A stretch of DNA of 49,498 bases from an uncultured Lishizhenia sp. (GTDB lineage: Bacteria; Bacteroidota; Bacteroidia; Flavobacteriales_D; Crocinitomicaceae): positions 1 through 49,498 of the forward strand of contig CAYPVA010000001.1 in NCBI GenBank assembly GCA_964414045.1, in the 5' to 3' direction. Positions 44,655 to 49,498 of the stretch are shown piece after piece (the first letter of the stretch is position 1; each line of letters opens with the position of its first letter). Below the pieces are notes generated by a model. It searched no databases and was not told where the DNA came from. It worked only from the letters and a program-made list of their open reading frames with translations. Position numbers and translations under genes: made by a program.

Positions 44655-47247
44655 GTCCTTTAACTTTCAAGAATTCATCGAGGCTATCGATATCCGAGAA
44701 CAAAACTTCCCGGGCTTTACTTCCTTGGAAAGGCCCGATGATGTTCATGCCTTCTAATTGATCCACAATGCGTCCGGCTCTGTTGTAGCCGAGCTTCAGC
44801 TTGCGCTGTAATAAACTCGCTGAGCCTTGTTGATTGATCACTACAATGCGCGCTGAATCAACGAACATAGGGTCAATTTCATTCATATCAAAATCACCGC
44901 CACCTTCAGCGCCTTCCGGCACATACTCTGGCAAAATGAGTGCTTCAGGATAAGCGCGCTGCGAACCGATGAAGCTACATATTTCTTCCACTTCTGGTGT
45001 GTCAACAAAACCACACTGTAAGCGCTTCATGTCTGAACCAGTAGAAATCAGCATATCGCCTCTACCAATTAATTGATCGGCACCTGAAGCGTCTAGAATT
45101 GTTCTCGAATCAATTTTAGATAACACCCTAAATGCAATACGCGCTGGGAAGTTGGCTTTGATCATACCTGTAATGACATTCACAGAAGGCCTTTGAGTAG
45201 CTACAATTAAATGGATACCAATGGCCCTGGCTAATTGTGCAATCCTTGCAATTGGATGCTCTACTTCTTTGCCAGCAGTCATGATGAGGTCTGCAAACTC
45301 GTCGATCAGGACTACAATATATGGCAAGTAACGGTGTCCTTTCTCCGGGTTGAGTCTTCTTCCGATGAATTTGGCATTGTATTCTTTTATGGTTCGAACC
45401 CCCGCATCTTTCAATAATTCGTAGCGTTCATCCATCTCGATACACAAGGAATTGAGTGTATTGACCACTTTAGACGTGTCTGTGATGATGGCATCTTCTT
45501 CTCCAGGTAATTTAGCCAAGAAGTGACGTTCAATTTTGTTGTACAAGGTGAGTTCAACCTTCTTTGGATCTACTAATACAAACTTAACTTGCGCAGGATG
45601 CTTCTTGTAGAGAATAGAAATTAGAATGGCATTAAGGCCTACTGATTTTCCTTGTCCAGTAGCACCAGCTACAAGCAGGTGAGGCATTTTGGTAAGGTCA
45701 AATACGTAGGTTTCATTGGTGATGGTTTTACCCATGACAATTGGCAATTCGCCGTCAAAGTTTTGAAATTTGTCAGAAGCAATTAAAGATCGCATGGAAA
45801 CCATTTCTGGATTTGAATTTGGCACCTCGATACCAATAGTGCCTTTGCCAGGAATAGGTGCAATGATGCGAATCCCGAGCGCAGATAAACTTAGTGCGAT
45901 GTCATCCTCGAGGTTTTTAATCTTTGAAATACGTACACCAGGTGCAGGAACGATTTCGTAAAGTGTGACAGTTGGCCCAACAGTAGCCTTGATTTTTGCG
46001 ATGTCAATTTTGTAGTGCGATAAAGTTTCGACAATGCGATCTTTATTGGTTTCGAGTTCTTCTTTACTCACAGAAACACCAGAGCTAGCATAGTCTTTCA
46101 TGAGGTCAAGTGGCGGTAGCAAATAGCCATCGAGGTCTTTGGTGGGGTCGTATTCTCCAAATTCTCTGACCAAGTTTTTGGCAACGTTTTCTTCATCACT
46201 TAAGCTCAATGCTGCGGCAGGCATCGCTTGTACGACCGGAGCTGGTTCAATAGGATCTTCCCCTAATTCGATTTCAAAACTGTTTTCAGCGTTTGCATCT
46301 GATTGAAAACCATCAACTTCAAGCAAATTTTCTTCAGGAGCGATTTGAGGTTCAGGGCGCTCATCTTCTTTGATAGAAACAATCAGTTCGCTTTGCTCTT
46401 CAAAAACGTCATCGTCGTCAAAATGAACCGTCTGAGAGACATCGTCGGCTTTGATTTGGTCCTCGCGAATGGTATTTACAACATATAAATCGTCAAAGGG
46501 TGCTGCACTATCTTGAAGCTCTTGCGCAGCAACTTCCTCGGATTTATTGCCAAAAAGACGATCAAAAAGTGCACGGTAATTTGGGTTAAAGAGTAGGGTG
46601 GTGAGCACAAAAAAGGTAACGATGTGTAGCATCAATGCACCAAAATTTCCGAGCGTAAGTTGTAGCCACTCATTGATGTAAAAACCGAATGTTCCACCTG
46701 CGTAACTTACCTGTGTGCTGAAAAAGCCTAAAAAGACAGAGCCCCAAATCAGGTATGCTATGGTGACGGTGGTTGCGCGTTGTAGTGGAAGTAGGGTGGT
46801 GTTGAATAATACCCGAACCCCCATCAAAAACATAATGAAAACGAGTCCGAATGCTCCGATTCCAAATCCTTCGTAGATGAGTAAATGAGAACTCCAGGCT
46901 CCAAATTTGCCAAGCCAGTTTTCTGCTGCGGGCACATTTTGGTTGAAAATATAGCCTAAAAAATTGCGGTTCAAGAGGTGATCTTGATCTTGTTTCCAAG
47001 TGAAGAGATAGGAGACACAGGCCAAAAGCAAATAAATACTGAGCAGTGATAAGATGGCACCTGTAACCAATTTGATTTTGCTTAAATCAAAACGGTTTTT
47101 TAAATCGCCCACTGCGCGCGCTTTTTTATCCTCTTGGGGTTTAGCGGGGTTGCCCGTTGCTTTTTTAGATTTGGGAGCAGCAATAGGCTCTTCCTTTTGT
47201 TGATAAGGTTTCGCGCTTGATTTTGGGATGTATTCGTTGTCTTCCAT
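44647..47247 (-). CDS. ftsK: DNA translocase FtsK
   Basis: N-terminal TM segments, an acidic linker, and the motor domain with LVAGATGQGKSVGLNA (Walker A) and IVVLIDEFADL (Walker B). The C-terminal gamma domain has SASLLQRKLKLGYNRAGRIVDQLE. Confidence 0.93.
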   Translation of the reverse strand: MEDNEYIPKSSAKPYQQKEEPIAAPKSKKATGNPAKPQEDKKARAVGDLKNRFDLSKIKLVTGAILSLLSIYLLLACVSYLFTWKQDQDHLLNRNFLGYIFNQNVPAAENWLGKFGAWSSHLLIYEGFGIGAFGLVFIMFLMGVRVLFNTTLLPLQRATTVTIAYLIWGSVFLGFFSTQVSYAGGTFGFYINEWLQLTLGNFGALMLHIVTFFVLTTLLFNPNYRALFDRLFGNKSEEVAAQELQDSAAPFDDLYVVNTIREDQIKADDVSQTVHFDDDDVFEEQSELIVSIKEDERPEPQIAPEENLLEVDGFQSDANAENSFEIELGEDPIEPAPVVQAMPAAALSLSDEENVAKNLVREFGEYDPTKDLDGYLLPPLDLMKDYASSGVSVSKEELETNKDRIVETLSHYKIDIAKIKATVGPTVTLYEIVPAPGVRISKIKNLEDDIALSLSALGIRIIAPIPGKGTIGIEVPNSNPEMVSMRSLIASDKFQNFDGELPIVMGKTITNETYVFDLTKMPHLLVAGATGQGKSVGLNAILISILYKKHPAQVKFVLVDPKKVELTLYNKIERHFLAKLPGEEDAIITDTSKVVNTLNSLCIEMDERYELLKDAGVRTIKEYNAKFIGRRLNPEKGHRYLPYIVVLIDEFADLIMTAGKEVEHPIARIAQLARAIGIHLIVATQRPSVNVITGMIKANFPARIAFRVLSKIDSRTILDASGADQLIGRGDMLISTGSDMKRLQCGFVDTPEVEEICSFIGSQRAYPEALILPEYVPEGAEGGGDFDMNEIDPMFVDSARIVVINQQGSASLLQRKLKLGYNRAGRIVDQLEGMNIIGPFQGSKAREVLFSDIDSLDEFLKVKGLI

Positions 47248-47357
47248 AAGGTCATTACGTGTAATCTAACGAAAATACGCTAAAGCGGTACATCAAAAGT
47301 GCATTTCAAAGAAACCTATAAACACCCCGGTGTTAGTTTGATAAAAATAGATTTAAG

Positions 47358-47972
47358 TTATTGTTTATTAGACCATTGTAAGAAGGCGTCAAGACTTAGA
47401 ATCTTGTATTTTTTGTCCGGCATAAATAAGCTTTGCGGTGGTAAACGTCGGTCTATTTTTTGTAATTCAAAAGCCATCAAACCATTTTCAGTTGGAAGTT
47501 GCCCTTTGGTGGGTAGTCCTGGGGCATTATTTAATCCTACAAAATACTGTGCATCAACTCCTTTTGTATAAAAAATCAGGGTGTTCCCTTCGGGAAATTC
47601 AACATTTGCTTCGCGGCATTTAAGACCTGCAATGGTCTGTCGTGCGCCGTTTTTGTGGTAAATGTATTGCGCACTTTCAGACACAGTGTCTTTGATTTGA
47701 ACAGCAAAAAATTGCCCGTCAATTTCAATTAAGGAGAGTAATTTTTTCTTTTTTAAATGATGGATTGTTTCCTGATTTTTACCATTTGACAGTAAATATT
47801 TGATTCTGACCAGCGAGTCTCGGGCGTAAATAAAAAGTTTGCCGTCAATGGTGTCTTTTGTCACAAAATCTATGGTTGTGATGTTGTATTCTAAGCTGCC
47901 AACAAAGGGCTTTTGGGCTGATATCCCAAGTGCGAGGAGACTTATAGCAAGCGCAAAAAGAAGTTTAAGCAT
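47358..47972 (-). CDS. Hypothetical secreted protein
   Basis: Signal peptide MLKLLFALAISLLALGISAQ. No motif recognised. The ATG at 47972 is preferred over the TTG at 47978. Confidence 0.55.
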   Translation of the reverse strand: MLKLLFALAISLLALGISAQKPFVGSLEYNITTIDFVTKDTIDGKLFIYARDSLVRIKYLLSNGKNQETIHHLKKKKLLSLIEIDGQFFAVQIKDTVSESAQYIYHKNGARQTIAGLKCREANVEFPEGNTLIFYTKGVDAQYFVGLNNAPGLPTKGQLPTENGLMAFELQKIDRRLPPQSLFMPDKKYKILSLDAFLQWSNKQ

Positions 47973-47975
47973 AAA

Positions 47976-47983
47976 CAAAGCTA
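47976..47983 (-). promoter_or_regulatory. Candidate -7 box TAGCTTTG placed 3 nt before the ATG at 47972; predicts a leaderless mRNA
   Basis: The minus strand reads TAGCTTTG-TTT-ATG. Confidence 0.3.
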
Positions 47984-48037
47984 AGAATAGTTGTGCTGCT
48001 CGTGGTCATTTGAGTCATTTTTTGCGGATTTTCATCT

Positions 48038-48045
48038 TATCTTTG
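48038..48045 (+). promoter_or_regulatory. Candidate -7 box TATCTTTG for the arginase-family gene and argS
   Basis: Matches TAnnTTTG, 24 nt upstream of the ATG at 48070. Confidence 0.4.
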
Positions 48046-48069
48046 TCACAGCCCCTAAAGGGTCCTAAT

Positions 48070-49005
48070 ATGCCAAAAGCAATACACTTTATTTTCAATC
48101 CTTCTGAGATTGGTGCCGGAACACGAGGTGCTTCTCTTGGTCCTGAGGCAATCCGTGCAGCTGCCAGAGCAAAAGGCAGTTCTTTGTTTGCCGAGCACGA
48201 AGTTAAAACCACCGTTCATTACAACGAGTTACTTGATCAAAAGAGCCCATATACGTTTGCAAAAAATATTGATGGTCTTCAAAAAGTTTTTGTTTCGTTA
48301 GAGGCGAATATTTCAGAAAGTATTGAGCACAATGCATTTCCGCTTCTCATCGCTGGTGACCACAGTTCTGCAGCAGGTACCTTAGCGGCCCTCAAAAAGA
48401 ATTATCCAAACCAACGAATTGGTGTTGTTTGGATAGACGCACATGCCGATATTCATTCGCCTTACACCACTCCTTCGGGAAACATGCATGGCATGCCTAT
48501 AGCGGCGGCGCTTGGTCTGGATCACCTTGATTTGGCAAAAAACGAGGTCGACGCCCCAACTCAAAGTTATTGGAATGCGCTTAAATCGCATGCTTTCAAG
48601 CCGCAAGACCTCATTTATATTGGTGTCCGTGATACCGAAGCGGAAGAAGAGGCAGTAATGGCTCAACTCGGGCTGAGGAATGTTACCGTACAAGAAATAC
48701 GTCAGAAAGGTTTAGAAAATTGCCTCCAAGAAATTTCAGAAAGTTTAGCTCCTTGTGATTTGATCTATGTTTCTTTTGATGTCGATAGTATTGATCCACT
48801 TGAAACTTCTTATGGTACGGGTACTCCAGTCGCTAACGGAATTAGTTTCAAAGAAGCAGACACCTTACTTCAATTTTTCTCCCAAGACCCAAGACTCTGT
48901 GCTTTAGAAATTGTAGAAGTCAATCCTTGTCTGGATGACGAAAAAAACAAAATGGCTGAGCAAGCCCTATTTTTAATCGAGAATATCATTAGTCACCTTC
49001 AATAA
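48070..49005 (+). CDS. Arginase/agmatinase/formimidoylglutamase-family ureohydrolase
   Basis: Mn-binding motifs IAGDHSSAAG, WIDAHADIHSP and SFDVDSIDP. The start was moved from 47839, whose 5' part overlaps the opposite-strand gene (47358-47972), to the ATG at 48070 (MPKAIHFIFNPSEIGAGTRG). Confidence 0.82.
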   Translation: MPKAIHFIFNPSEIGAGTRGASLGPEAIRAAARAKGSSLFAEHEVKTTVHYNELLDQKSPYTFAKNIDGLQKVFVSLEANISESIEHNAFPLLIAGDHSSAAGTLAALKKNYPNQRIGVVWIDAHADIHSPYTTPSGNMHGMPIAAALGLDHLDLAKNEVDAPTQSYWNALKSHAFKPQDLIYIGVRDTEAEEEAVMAQLGLRNVTVQEIRQKGLENCLQEISESLAPCDLIYVSFDVDSIDPLETSYGTGTPVANGISFKEADTLLQFFSQDPRLCALEIVEVNPCLDDEKNKMAEQALFLIENIISHLQ

Positions 49006-49008
49006 TTC

Positions 49009-49498
49009 ATGGAACAACACATCCGACAAGCACTTCTTGAAGCAGCACCGAGCTTATTTGGTACTGCAATATCAGATTCTCTTATTCAGTTTCAACTCAC
49101 CAGACGAGACATGGAAGGAGACCTCACATTGGTGGTGTTTCCATTTGTAAAAATGCTGCGTTGCTCGCCACAAGAGGCGGGAGACAAGCTTAAGAATTGG
49201 ATTGAACAAAACATTGAAGGCGTTTCTCATTGTATTGTTGTCAATGGGTTCTTAAATATAGTGCTGCAGAAAAGCTATTGGATCAATGCACTGAACCAAA
49301 TGCAGCAAAATGCACAGTTTGGCTTACAAAGCCCTAACTCGAAACCAACAGTCATGGTGGAGTATTCTTCACCAAACACAAATAAACCACTACACCTAGG
49401 TCATCTCCGCAATAATTTCTTAGGATATTCGGTTGCTGAAATTTTAAAGGCAAACGGACACAAAGTGGTGCGTACGCAGGTTATCAATGACCGCGGGA
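49009..49498 (+). CDS. argS: Arginine--tRNA ligase; N-terminal part, running off the right edge
   Basis: Absent from the ORF track because it has no stop in the window. My translation reads MEQHIRQALLEAAPSLFG...VMVEYSSPNTNKPLHLGHLRNNFLGYSVAEILKANGHKVVRTQVINDRG (HIGH motif HLGH). Confidence 0.9.
   Translation, partial: MEQHIRQALLEAAPSLFGTAISDSLIQFQLTRRDMEGDLTLVVFPFVKMLRCSPQEAGDKLKNWIEQNIEGVSHCIVVNGFLNIVLQKSYWINALNQMQQNAQFGLQSPNSKPTVMVEYSSPNTNKPLHLGHLRNNFLGYSVAEILKANGHKVVRTQVINDRG

Noticed and set aside
47321-47334. AACACC-CC-GGTGTT hairpin between the 47358 gene and ftsK, as a terminator.
   Set aside because: A 2-nt loop is sterically implausible. The effective stem is only about 4-5 bp and there is no clean U-tract.
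47839-48069. Long N-terminal extension of the arginase-family ORF. Similar 5' extensions exist in track ORFs starting at 2361, 6922, 8989, 15787, 20472, 23955, 28110 and 36229.
   Set aside because: The extensions run through promoters, terminator hairpins or the opposite-strand gene. In every case an internal ATG gives the family-typical N-terminus.

Overview
Dense chromosomal window, 43 protein genes and one tRNA, almost certainly from a Bacteroidota (Flavobacteriia-like) genome. The evidence for that placement is three proteins with T9SS C-terminal sorting domains, many TAnnTTTG -7 promoter boxes, A-rich start contexts without Shine-Dalgarno sequences, and the gene content. I found no rRNA, CRISPR array, transposase, integrase, phage gene or recognisable defence gene.

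Most of the window is core housekeeping:
- topA (partial)
- the miaB / sigma-54 activator / lptE / TPR protein / secG operon
- groES-groEL, dusB, manC, mlaEF, tRNA-Leu(UAG) and tig
- the oxyR / ahpC / trx oxidative-stress module
- prfA-pyrF, rdgB, folB, gltX, dpp4, gltA and ftsK
- an arginase-family gene and argS (partial)

I see no clear-cut new system and will not overstate one. The parts that look accessory or under-described are:
1. A tight three-gene minus-strand operon at 30149-36211: a lamin-tail-domain T9SS protein, a SusD-less TonB-dependent receptor, and a multidomain endonuclease I with a T9SS tail. It reads like an extracellular-DNA capture, cleavage and import locus. This is my best candidate.
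2. An uncharacterised secreted-protein cluster at 9757-13660: one lipoprotein and two large proteins that look like distant paralogues. It is preceded by the only intergenic sigma-54-like -24/-12 match in the window, and the window also encodes a sensor-less sigma-54 activator.
3. A recurring module, TAnnTTTG then 3-4 nt then ATG, at four genes. This predicts leaderless mRNAs. At two of them it sits directly behind an identical CCACC-TTCG-GGTGG terminator hairpin.
4. A patatin plus C-terminal beta-barrel-like (type Vd-like) protein, and a Cys-rich beta-helix T9SS cargo.

All functional calls come from reading the translated ORFs and recognising motifs by eye. No database search was run.
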